Positions 53,424 to 64,000 of a DNA stretch of 64,000 nt are shown one piece after another. A model generated the notes under the pieces. That model was not told the DNA's origin. It saw only the letters and a program-made list of their open reading frames with translations, and searched no databases. The stretch comes from Octopus vulgaris. Taxonomy: Eukaryota. Where the stretch lies: assembly GCA_951406725.2 (NCBI GenBank), contig OX597822.1, positions 55,552,001 to 55,616,000 of the forward strand, given 5' to 3'. Both the position numbers and the translations under genes were made by a program. How positions within the stretch are numbered: position 1 is the stretch's first letter; each line of letters starts with the position of its first letter.

Positions 53424-55992
53424 CTAGCAGCATAGCCCGGCGTTGCCCGGGTATGTAAGAGCCCCTAGTAGGCAACGACTAATCCCAATGTAGTCCTTTC
53501 CCTCCAGGGAACGAAGGTGCATGTGGAGGTTGCAATGTCTTCTCTTCACTCGAATACTTCTGTATATACGATGTTCCTAGCTGTCCCTTTGGGCGAAAAC
53601 CTGAAAACATCATTGCGCCTCCCAACGCGTGAACAGCCCACGTAGAGTTGACCGTGGGCGAAGCACTGTTCGCCCAAATGTAACCCAGCGACTTGTAGCG
53701 TTTGGCCTTGGGATTTATTGATGAACATTGCGAAGCAGAGTTTAACAGGAAACTGAGAACGCCTGAAGTGGATTGGTAGGTCAGCGCCCGACGGTTGAAG
53801 GTGCATCCGTGGAATGAAGACGTCCTCTCCCTTCCCACAACCGGTAAGTATTGTGGCCGTTATTAAATGTGGTGCCAAATGTTTCACAACCAAACGTGTG
53901 CCGTTGCACTGTTTAGGTGGAACCAAATTCCTGATGAGCATAATGGGCGCACCGACTTTTAACTTCAGGATGTGTGGCGGAAGGCCTGGCGGTTCAAGTG
54001 AATTCAGGAATTCAACAGGATAATCGGCAAGCTCGGCGGGGTCTGCTGTCCTATCTATAGATTTGTAGACGTGGACATCACCAGGAATAGCTTCAAGTAG
54101 CTGGATATTGATGGAGTTGACGGTTGTATTTTTGGGTGCGAGAATAGCTCTGCCTGCCAGCCATTTTAGGTCGCGTAAATTGTTTTGTAGGTCGTGGAAG
54201 ACAGCGTCCGGGAGGCTAGCAGGGGTGTCGACAATGGTGCAAAGTGAGTCCAATTGAACGCAGCCATCCGCATCAGCCAGCATCCTATTTTCACCGAGCG
54301 ATAAGAGGTCCCTGGAGAATGCAGCGGATCCGCTGTCACCAATCAACTGCGCGCGCATGTTAGTTTGGAGGTGCAAGGGCCGCACATGTGCCCAAAGAGC
54401 TGACGACTTAAGGCACGCGCGCACGGCATCGGCACGGGTTCCTTTTGGAATAACAGGTAGAGTCTGCCTGAAGTCTCCTGAAAGAAGTAAAGTTAATCCT
54501 CCCATGGGGGCCGTAGAGTCTCTGATGTCTTGCAGGGACCTGTCCAGTGCCTCAAGGGCGCCTTTGTGTGCCATAGTGCACTCGTCCCATACGATGAGTT
54601 TGCATCTGCGCAGAATGTCGGCCTGTTCTGAGTTCTTGGCGATGTTGCAGATAGGTGACTCGGACTTTGCCAGATCGAGCGGGAGTCTGAAGGCAGAGTG
54701 GGCGGTTCTGCCACCCGGAAGCAACGTGGCCGCGATACCAGAGGAAGCTACAGCCAGGGCAATGTCCGTGTTGCGTCTGACCTCCGCCAGAATTAGTTTA
54801 GTGACGAAGGTTTTGCCAGTGCCGCCGGGTGCATCAAGGAAGAAAATCCCCCCACGTTGCTGTAAAAATTTAAGGTAAAACGTTTGGGGTGGTAGTTATA
54901 AAGAAAGTGTAAACCAAAAAAAGTATTCGAATTTGCGGCTGCAGCAGCTATTAGCGGAAGTGGCGGTTTTGGGGGTGAAGTCTCGAATGTAATTTCTTCC
55001 TGGTAGGAATTGGTTGGATGGAATTATCGATAGCTAAAAAGGTCGAGTTGCGTCCCCTAGACAGTCTGGCTTGTGTTTAATACACAAATCGGTTTGCTAT
55101 GTGTACCACATATGATTTAATTAACCGATTTTTTCCAATAATGTATCCTATTGGAATAAAAAGAGCTATATAACTCCTGGGAGCAGACATGATGCTCGCT
55201 GTGAATTAAAAAAAAAATTCCTGCCAATTTGTGAAAGATATTGTCGAAAATATGTCATCTTGAATTTGAACGCGATTTCCCAAAATGGCATGATTTTATC
55301 GATTGTTTCTGATGGTAAGGTATTGCATGGAAAACTAACGTCAGAATTGAGTTTCTTAGGGTAACATTAAGCTTCCCCATGAGTTTTGTGAAAATCGATT
55401 GCAAGTTGCGAAAACTACCATAGATAATGTGTTGCATATAAAAAGCTTAGATTCTCGACCCCCATGCCGAGTTTATCGATTTTGTAGGTTGCAATGTCTT
55501 CTCTTCACTCGAATACTTCTGTGTATACGATGTTCCTAGCTGTCCCTTTGGGCGAAAACATGAAAACATCATTGCGCCTCCCAACGCGTGAACAGCCCAC
55601 GTAGAGTTGACCGTGGGCGAAGCACTGTTCGCCCAACTGTAACCCAGCGACTTGTAGCGTTTGGCCTTGGGATTTATTGATGAACATTGCGAAGCAGAGT
55701 TTAACAGGAAACTGAGAACGCCTGAAGTGGATTGGTAGGTCAGAGTTGCGTCCCCTAGACAGTCTGTGGTTTGTGTTTCTGATTCTCGACCCCATGTCGA
55801 ATTTATCAATTTTTTTTCAGAACTGGGGGAACTTTTCAAAATTTTCGCTGCGTTAGTTGTGAATTATGACATTGGGCTATGTGTGTGTCAAGTTTCATCA
55901 GAATCGGTTGAAAGCCGTGGTCAGAGTGAGGGTACAACCAAACAGACACACAGAAACACACACAGACAAACTGCCGTTTATATAGAGAGTGA
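53424..55992 (-). mobile_element. Helitron derivative, 2.57 kb, helicase only (no Rep)
   Basis: Minus strand A|TC at 55992, CCCGGGCAACGCCGGG hairpin and CTAG|T at 53424; inserted between A and T with no TSD. Confidence 0.9.
53546..54860 (-). CDS. PIF1-family SF1B helicase domain (Helitron type), uninterrupted, no ATG start
   Basis: FFLDAPGGTGKT (Walker A), ASSGIAA, GGRTAHS, IVWDEC, GDFRQ, CNGTRL, INKSQGQT, HGQLYVGCSRV. The frame extends upstream of track ORF 53546-54724. Confidence 0.88.
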
Positions 55993-56889
55993 TAAAGACA
56001 ACCTTTCCAGCGTCATAAAACACTGCAAAGTGAAAAGATTCGCTGATGACTCTAAGCTCCAGAAAATTATCAATGAAGAAGACCGAACTGAACTCCAGTC
56101 TGACCAACATGCTATGATTCAATGGGCAGACAAAAACAAAATGCAACTAAACGAGTGAGAATTCGAGCTGATGCATTTTGGAAAAAAGACTAAAACAGCC
56201 ATAATCTCTTCGTTCAGGGGATCCGCTCACAGCATGTAATGATATCAGAGACCTAGAAGTAATTGCTGACAACAATCTCAGCTGGAGCGCCCACATCAAC
56301 AATATGGTCGATATAACTCGTAAGATGAGCTCCTGGATCCTAAGAACCTTCCGGTCCATAGAACAAGGTGTCATCATTCCTCTTTTCTCGTGCTATGTAC
56401 GGCCACACCTTGAATATGGCTGTCCCTTGCGGTCTCTCCATAGCAAACAAAACATTTCAAAAATTGAATCACCTCAGAAGGCATTGAAACTCTATTCTCC
56501 CCAGCACCACCTATAAGCCGCCTATACCTGGATACAACTCACTCAACAAGAGGATCATGATACCACAAAACTTTACTTAGAAAGGATTTAGCTAATCGTA
56601 TCATGTGGTGTTAGACAAGTTAGACTTTGGTCGACATATATCTAAGTTATCTAAGTTATGTATTACATATATATGTGTATATATGTACTGTGTGTGTATG
56701 TGTGTGTCTGTGTGTGTGTATGTGTGTGTATGTGTGTGTGTGTGTGTATGTGTGTGTATGTGTGTGTCAATGACTCTATTGACTTAAACAAGTGTAAGAA
56801 AAAAGAGGTTTGGTTACATGTGCATTGTAATTTTTCTATTGATATCCATGTAGATAACAAACACGTACAAACGTGTTTGTATATTTCAC

Positions 56890-57460
56890 CTTTTACTTGT
56901 TTCAGCGCCTTCAATTCGAGCAAATCTGTTTATTACCCACAAGGGGCTAAACGCAGAAGGGACAAATAAAGGACAGACAAAGGGATTAAGTCGATTATAT
57001 CGACCCCCAGTGCGTAACTGGTACTTAATTTATCGACCCCGAAAGGATGAAAGGCAAAGTCGACCTCGGCGGAATTTGAACTCAGAACGTAGCGGCAGAC
57101 GAAATACGGCTACGCATTTCGTCCGGCGTGCTAATGTTTCTGCCAGCTCGCCGCCCTCCAATTCGAGCAAATCGACCGTAGGACACTGTTTCTATTGTTT
57201 TAAAGGTTAGTACTTATTCTATCAGGTCTCATATGCCGAACTGTTATAGGAACGTAAACCCATAAGACATCACTTGTCAAGCGGTGGTGGGGGATAAATG
57301 CACACACACACACACGTACATATATACGACAAGCTTCTTTCTGTTTCTGTGTACCAAATCCACTCAGTATCCTTTGGTCGACCCGAAGCTATAGTAAAAG
57401 ACACTTGCCCTTAACCCGGAAGCATTTGGTTGGGAAGCACACAGTCGTACCTGCACCTAC
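56890..57460 (-). mobile_element. Old SINE family 1 copy interrupted by a young family-2 SINE
   Basis: TTTTACTTGTTTCAG...CGAGCAAATC, resuming as CGAGCAAATCGACC after the insert. Confidence 0.8.
56927..57158 (-). mobile_element. Full-length family-2 SINE with 15-bp TSD
   Basis: TSD CAATTCGAGCAAATC at 56912-56926 and 57159-57173. Head GGCGGCGAGCTGGCAGAA, B box GAGTTCAAATTCC. Confidence 0.92.
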
Positions 57461-57472
57461 TTGTAAAAATTT

Positions 57473-57851
57473 GGTACTACTAAAGAAGAGTGGTCCCTGT
57501 GCGCGCACTCACGTATTCGCGCATCCGCGCTAGCTAGTCGCGACTAGTCGATCCTTACTTTGTGTTTATGTGTTTATTTACTTTGTTTAAAAAAATTATT
57601 CACATTGTGCTTTTTTGTTTTATTTACTTTGTTTTTAAAAAATTATATACTTTGTGTAAAAAATTATTTATTTTGTGTTTTATTTACTTTGTTTTTAAAA
57701 AATTATTTACTTTGTGTAAAAAAATTATTTATTTTGTGTTTTATTTACTTTGCTAGGTAGTCGTTGTAGGATCGACTAGTCACGACTAGCTAGCGCGGAT
57801 GCGCGAGTACGTGAGTGCGCGCACCGGGACCACTTCTTCTTAAGTAGTACC
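57473..57851. mobile_element. MITE with ~85-bp TIRs and 9-bp TSD (Merlin- or MULE-like)
   Basis: GGTACTACT...AGTAGTACC termini, exact TSD TAAAAATTT, interior AT-rich tandem repeats. Confidence 0.88.
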
Positions 57852-58474
57852 TAAAAATTTTCATATAATTATATATTGAATAACATGAAAAATGATACAC
57901 ACACATTCTTTTATTAACTATTATCACGCACATATGCTTTTTCTTCCCTATATAATTGCAACTTCCTAAAAGTAAATACACTTCATCTCCCAATTTGTCG
58001 TGAATCTTGCAAAATATCCATCGAGTGTCACTGACAGAATGGTCACGGTTTAGAACGTCGTAGATAATCGGGATGCTGGGTCAGCGGTTGGAGCAACAAC
58101 AATATGATAGGTCAGAAGTCCACCATCAGGTCTGACCACAAATTAAAAGACCACAGCATCAATAACAACAACAACAACAAGTATCAGCCGCCGCAGAAGC
58201 AACATTAACAACGACTCCGACAACAACAGCAACAAAAGCAACAAAAGAATATACTTAATTTCGCAATAATCTAATGTTTCTGTTTTGGAACGACCGAACC
58301 AATGAGGAAATGTTAGTTTCGCTTACCGATTCGCTCTCGAGTTTTCTTTTTCTGTTTTTCTTTCTATTTCGATTCCGAATCTGGGTGTGAAATACAAGAT
58401 GAACATTGACATAGGGGAAAAAAATGTTTGATACATATGTGTGTATGTATGTGCATTTATTATGTGTGTTTGTA

Positions 58475-58562
<88 letters not shown>

Positions 58563-58836
58563 CATACACACACACACACATATATATATACATGTATATA
58601 TATATATATATACATATGTATATATATGTATATATATTGTATGTGTGTGTATATATATATATATTGTGTATGTGAATATATATGTGTATGAGTGTATATG
58701 TAGGTATGTATACGTGCATGTAAGTATATGTGTACGTGTGCGTGTATAAGTATGGATGGATGCACGCCTGTATTGTTGTGTAGATATGATTATATATGCT
58801 CATATATGATATTTAAAATATATATAATATATATGA

Positions 58837-58941
<105 letters not shown>

Positions 58942-59692
58942 CGTATATTTGTGCGCGCACACGCGGGTGTGTGTGTTAAAACAAGAAATTTTAGAAATGT
59001 ATAAAATAGTTTTTGTTTTTACCTGTTATATCTATTTCTCTTATTGGTGCAAAACATAATCCACAGTTAAAAAAGAACGATAGTAATAGCAATCGAAACC
59101 GGCTGATGGGATGCTGTAGTCATGTCAAACATCCGTCTGCGTTAACGATGTAAGTATTATCCAAAAGTGTTGTTAAAAGAGTCGGCTTAATCCCTTTTAC
59201 ACATTGTCAGATGATGTCTCGTGTAAAGAAGGCGCGGGTTTGCTTCGTAGACATGCCGTTGAATAAGTGACATTTAATTCTTCTATTTTCAAGGGAAAAC
59301 TTATAGCTTTTTTACTCGTAGCTTATTTTTGGATATTGTTTTATATTCCCTATATTTTTCCCCATGTTTGTTCTAGTCATTTATTTTATTTCCTGTATGG
59401 CCTGATGTATGTGTGTGTGCCTTTGTGTGCATATGGGTGTGTGTATGAGTTGTGTGTGAATGTGCGTATGTATGTGTGTCTGTGTGTGTGCGTGCGCGAG
59501 CGCGCGTGGGTGTATGTGCTATGTGTGAGTGCTAGTGTGTACTCCTGTGCGTCTATGTGTCTATCTATATATTTCTCTTTGCGATCAGAAAAATATGGAA
59601 GCAGTATGTTAAACTTTGCAGTCCTGTCTACTTGGTCGCTATACATTACCGAAGCATCACTTTGAATTAGCAGTAAGTAATTGGGATTATTG

Positions 59693-59723
<31 letters not shown>

Positions 59724-60377
59724 TAAATTAATATTATTATCATTATTATTTTCGCTTTTATTTTTGAAGCGTAGTGCTTTTGGTTATTTTTTCACTCTCT
59801 CATTCTTACTAACTTTTCATTTTGTTTTATCACTATCAGCTGCAGCTACTGAAATTCACAAACTGCTACTAGCCGTCCGATGCTGACTTATATTTCCTTC
59901 CTTTGCTTTCTCTTTCTGATAACATCCATCATTTATCCTTCATTATATCTTCTCTCTTTCTCCTTCTCTCTCTCTCTCTCTTTCTTTCTTTCTCTCTCTA
60001 TCTTCCCACCTCTCTCCGTCTTCTCTTTCTCTCTCTATCTTCCCACCTCTCTCCCTCTTCTCTTTCTCATTCCTCTAACCCACACTCAGTTTCTTGCTCC
60101 CTCCTTTTCTCGTACACTTATTCATTCTAGTGTAGACAGACTCTCGCAGACACACCTTGTTTTGCGTTGCTAGAACAGACGAGAGATGGTTAAAAACACG
60201 ATACGTTAAACTATAGGACAGGAAGCAAGAATATTTTCAGAATTCACAACAATACTCTGGGGAGAGAGTCTACTAATGTAGAGGAGTTAGTTTCACGTAT
60301 GAGCTGAAAGCATCAGCTGCCGGTGATTATCTATGTAATTAGTTAACAAAAACTTCCTCGGGATCTCATAGCTTTCA

Positions 60378-60885
60378 ACTTTTACTTGTTTCAGCCATGA
60401 GATTGTGACCTTGCCAGGCACCGGCTTGGGGGTTTTAGTCGTATAAATCGCCTCTAATACTTACTTCTTTTTAAAGTCTGGTACTTACTCTATCGTTTTT
60501 TTTTTATTTTGTTTTTTTGCCGAAACACAAAGTTACCCGAACGTAAACAAAGCAACATCGGTTGTGAAGGCGATAGTAGGGGGGGGATAAGCTTAAACAC
60601 AAAGACACACATACATGCACGCACACACACACATACATGCACGCACACACACACATACATGCACGCACACACACACATATACATACATATACACACTGGT
60701 GCAGGCGTAGCTGTGTCTATTGGCACAGGCGCGTCTGTGTAGTAAAAAATTTTCTTCCAGGCAGCACACGGTTCTGGTTTCAATTCCATCGCGCGGAGCT
60801 TTGGGCAAATGTGTTCTACTTTAACCCCGAGTCTACTAAAACCTTGTGAGTGGATTTGGTAGGAGGAAACTGAAATAAGCCGACT

Positions 60886-60927
<42 letters not shown>

Positions 60928-61130
60928 ACACACAAACACACACAAGCACACACACACACACATGTATATATACATATATACATACGCATATATATGTGTC
61001 TATGTGAGTGTTATTGTGTTTATGCTGGACAACTGGCATTGGTTCATTTACGTCCCTGTAACTTAGTAGTTCGTCAAATAAGCGAACGACAGACTATGTA
61101 CCCGGCTTAGAAAAATAAGTACCGGGGCTA
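60378..61130. mobile_element. Divergent pair of degraded family-1 SINEs (60378-60600 minus, 60700-61130 plus)
   Basis: CCTTGTGAGTGGATTTGGTAG on the plus strand at about 60842; 3'-half motifs on the minus strand before it. Confidence 0.75.
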
Positions 61131-61134
61131 TGCA

Positions 61135-61358
61135 TCACATAGGAAAGTAATTTATGAGAATATAAAACATATGTTGCAATGCATAAAATATGAACATCGA
61201 TGGCAACTTTGAGGTGACTTAAATGTTGTTGCTCCTGTGATGGGCTTCCAGGGCGTATACATCAAGTACCGCTGCTTTCTGTGCGAATGGGACAGTCGTG
61301 CAAGAAGTTCCCACTTTATCAGGAGTGACTGTCCACTTCGTCAATCACTGGAGCTTGG
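61135..61358 (+). mobile_element. DNA transposase fragment, Chapaev3/CMC-like
   Basis: YENIK...WQL*GDLNVVA..MGFQGVYIKYRCFLCEWDSRAR matches the recalled GDLK...GxTKYxCFLCxWDSR motif. Confidence 0.65.
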
Positions 61359-61360
61359 GA

Positions 61361-61996
61361 GGCGGCGAGCTGGCAGAAACGTTAGCGCGCCGGGCGAAAT
61401 GCTTAGCGATATTTCGTCTGTCGTTACGTTCTGAGTTCAAATTCCGCCGAGGTCGACTTTGCCTTTCATCCTTCCGGGGTCGATAAATTAAGTACCAGTT
61501 ACGCACTGGGGTCGATGTAATCGACTTAATACCTATGTCTGTCCTTGTTTGTTCCCTCTGTGTTTAGCCCCCTGTGGGTAATAAAGAAATAGGCATTTCG
61601 TCTGCGTTACATTCTGAGTTCAAATTCTTTCGGGGTCGATAAATTAAGTACCAGTTACGCACTGGGGTCGATGTAGTCGACTTAATCCGCTTGTCTGTCC
61701 TTGTTTGTCCTCTCTGTGTTTAGCCCCTTGTGGGTAGTAAAGAAATAGGTATTTTGCCTGTTGCTACGTTCTGAGTTCAAATTTGACCGAGATCGACTTT
61801 GCCTTTCATCCTTTCGGGGTCGATAATTTAAGTACCAGTTAAGCATTGGGGCCGATGTAATCGACTTAATCTGTTTGTCTGTCCTTGTTTGTCCTCTCTG
61901 TGTTTAGCCCCTTGTGGGCAGTAAAGAAATAGGTATTTTGCCCGTTGCTACGGTCTGAGTTCAAATTCGACCGAGGTCGACTTTGCCTTTCATCCT
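61361..61996 (+). mobile_element. Family-2 SINE head-to-tail array (one full unit plus three headless units)
   Basis: Units end AAAGAAATAGG at about 61592, 61749 and 61932. Confidence 0.9.
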
Positions 61997-62081
61997 ATAA
62001 ATGCACATATATATATATATACACACATATAGATACACATTTATATATACACACACATATATGCACATATACACTCATATA

Positions 62082-62116
<35 letters not shown>

Positions 62117-62278
62117 GTGAGAAAGTTGGTGTGTGAAAGCACGTGGTTGAATATATAGAAAATAGTAAAAAGTGAAAAAGCTACAGAAGACTTGTTTTAG
62201 AAGGTTAAAAAATATATATTTGAGTCATTATGTCTGAGGAATGTTATAAATTTTTTTCATACAATGACATAATTTTTG

Positions 62279-62318
62279 AAGAAAGACCGGTTTCGCGTTC
62301 AGCTTTTCAAATTTCTTA
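62279..62318 (-). ncRNA. Hammerhead-like motif, U3-A8 core
   Basis: AAGAAA T TTGAAAA GC-TGAAC-GC GAAA CCGG TC TTTCTT. Confidence 0.55.
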
Positions 62319-63634
62319 CATCGTTATGTTTACGTTGAGAAGTGTGAAGGAGAGTGAAAGAGAGTTCCAGATAAGGGGAGGTAATAAGTGATTTCTTCCG
62401 GTGTAAGGGAGATAATCGCTTAATATTACTTGCCTTTCTTTTGGAGTGAGTTTCTCTGTATAAGAATGTTGGAATGGTTAAGTTTGGGCTTGTATTTTTC
62501 AATGAAGAATGTTTCCTTGTTTAGTCTAATTTGTGTTGGTGTTCCGATAGCACATTGGTAAAATGGAAAGATTAAAAATTGTGGTAGTAGTTGCTTTGCG
62601 CATTTCTCAATGTGCTCACTAAAGGGTATCATTCTGTATTCTGGGAATGCAATGTGTTGTCGATGCAGTGTGCATCTACATCTGAGTGATAGTCCCGTGG
62701 ACCCTACGTAGTTTTGGTGGCAGCCCGAGCATTTTATGACATAAATTATGTTTTCAGAGGCACAAGTAAAATCAGATTTGATCTTGAATTTCTGTCCCTC
62801 TTTGAAGAGGAATTCTGATCCTTCTAGCAGGTTTGGACATGTTGCACAGTTCGATCTACCACATTTTTTAACTTTTGCATCCGTAATTTCAGAAAGCAAT
62901 TTTGCCTTTGTGAGAATCTTTTTAAGTGATTTAGGTTGTTTGTAGCTTTTAATGATTTGGTGTGTGTTTAGAATTTCCTTTAATTTGGGGTCCTTATGAA
63001 GTATTGGTAAATTCTGGGTGATGATGGTGAAGGCTTCTTTGTTTCTGGGGTTGTATGTGGATATGTAAGGTAGTATTTTCGGGGAAGGTGTGTTGTTGTG
63101 TTGAACTTTTCAACACAACACCTGCTAGAAGGATCAGAATTCCTCTTCAAAGAGGGACAGAAATTCAAGATCAAATCTAATTTTACTTGTGCCTCTGAAA
63201 ACATAATTTATGTCATAAAATGCTCGGGCTGCCACCAAAACTACGTGGGGTCCACGGGACTATCACTCAGACGTAGATGCACACTGCATCGACAACACAT
63301 TGCATTCCCAGAATACAAAATGATACCCTTTAGTGAGCACATTGAGAAATGCGCAAAGCAACTACTACCACAATTTTTAATCTTTCCATTTTAACCAATG
63401 TGCTATCGGAACACCAACACAAATTAGACTAAACAAGGAAACATTCTTCATTGAAAAATACAAGCCCAAACTTAACCATTCCAACATTCTTATACAGAGA
63501 AACTCACTCCAAAAGAAAGGCAAGTAATATTAAGCGATTATCTCCCTTACACCGGAAGAAATCACTTATTACCTCCCCTTATCTGGAACTCTCTTTCACT
63601 CTCCTTCACACTTCTCAACGTAAACATAACGATG

Positions 63635-63675
63635 TAAGAAATTTGAAAAGCTGAACGCGAAACCGGTCTTTCTTA
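63635..63675 (+). ncRNA. Hammerhead-like motif, U3-A8 core (inverted copy)
   Basis: TAAGAAA T TTGAAAA GC-TGAAC-GC GAAA CCGG TC TTTCTTA. Confidence 0.55.
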
Positions 63676-63788
63676 AAAAACTATGTCATCGTATGAAAAA
63701 AATTTATAACATTCTTCAGACATAATGACTCAAATATATATTTTTTAACCTTCTAAAACAAGCCTTCTGTAGCTTTTTCACTTTTTAC

Positions 63789-63841
<53 letters not shown>

Positions 63842-63842
63842 T

Positions 63843-64000
63843 AGGGGAGAATTCACGAAAAAAAAACAAAAGACGAAGACAGGTGGTGTAGAAAACAAAC
63901 AGATGTATTATTATAACGCTCGGGAACTGAAAAAGTCTTTAACGTTTCGAGCCTACGCTCTTCCACACAAAGGAACACAGAAAAAAACAAGGAGAGAAAA
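63843..64000 (-). mobile_element. Probable PLE terminal fragment, runs off the window
   Basis: Reverse complement matches 21940-22103. Confidence 0.6.

Larger units (their letters stand above)
52946..56560 (+). mobile_element. CR1-like RT fragment split by a Helitron (52946-53423 and 55993-56560)
   Basis: DVIYLDFSKVFDRVNH and SGVTQETVSGPLLFID rejoin in frame to YKDNL...RFADDSKL; downstream VRPHLEYG. Confidence 0.85.
62116..63797 (-). mobile_element. 5'-truncated Neptune-type PLE with ~680-bp inverted duplication
   Basis: CGRSNCATC...FTCASENIIYVIKCSGCHQNYVGST GIY-YIG (ORF 62426-62899). 62151-62831 pairs with 63121-63797. 35-nt unpaired tail 62116-62150. In (TA)n. Confidence 0.9.

Noticed and set aside
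53546-54860. Host PIF1 gene
   Set aside because: Intronless, no N-terminal domain, bounded by Helitron termini and inserted in a LINE.
54357-54878. 173-aa plus-strand ORF and similar antisense ORFs over LINEs
   Set aside because: Shadow frames opposite TE coding sequence.
57555-57755. CRISPR-like spaced repeats
   Set aside because: Contiguous AT-rich tandem units without unique spacers, inside a MITE, in eukaryotic DNA with no cas genes.

Overview
AT-rich, microsatellite-dense eukaryotic DNA made almost entirely of nested transposable elements. The SINE repertoire suggests an octopus or other coleoid cephalopod (inference from recalled repeats, not a database match). No intact host gene is recognisable, only a few weak splice-site-defined exon candidates. 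Contents: four tRNA-derived SINE families; decayed LINEs (two R4/Dong-like RLE copies, three L1/Tx1-like pieces, one near-full-length RTE, two CR1-like); many Penelope-like element (PLE) pieces inside (TA)n tracts; several Helitrons, one with an uninterrupted PIF1 helicase domain; a solo LTR; mariner, Chapaev, hAT and Merlin-like DNA elements. Three signals stand out. (1) At least five hammerhead ribozyme motifs lie in PLE termini, and two unrelated families carry the U3-A8 compensatory core. (2) A 3' tail is shared by Tx1/L1-like LINEs, one SINE family and a possible ORF1-only (HAL1-like) element. (3) The commonest SINE shows a strong orientation bias. Coordinates were read by eye, so boundaries of decayed elements are approximate.
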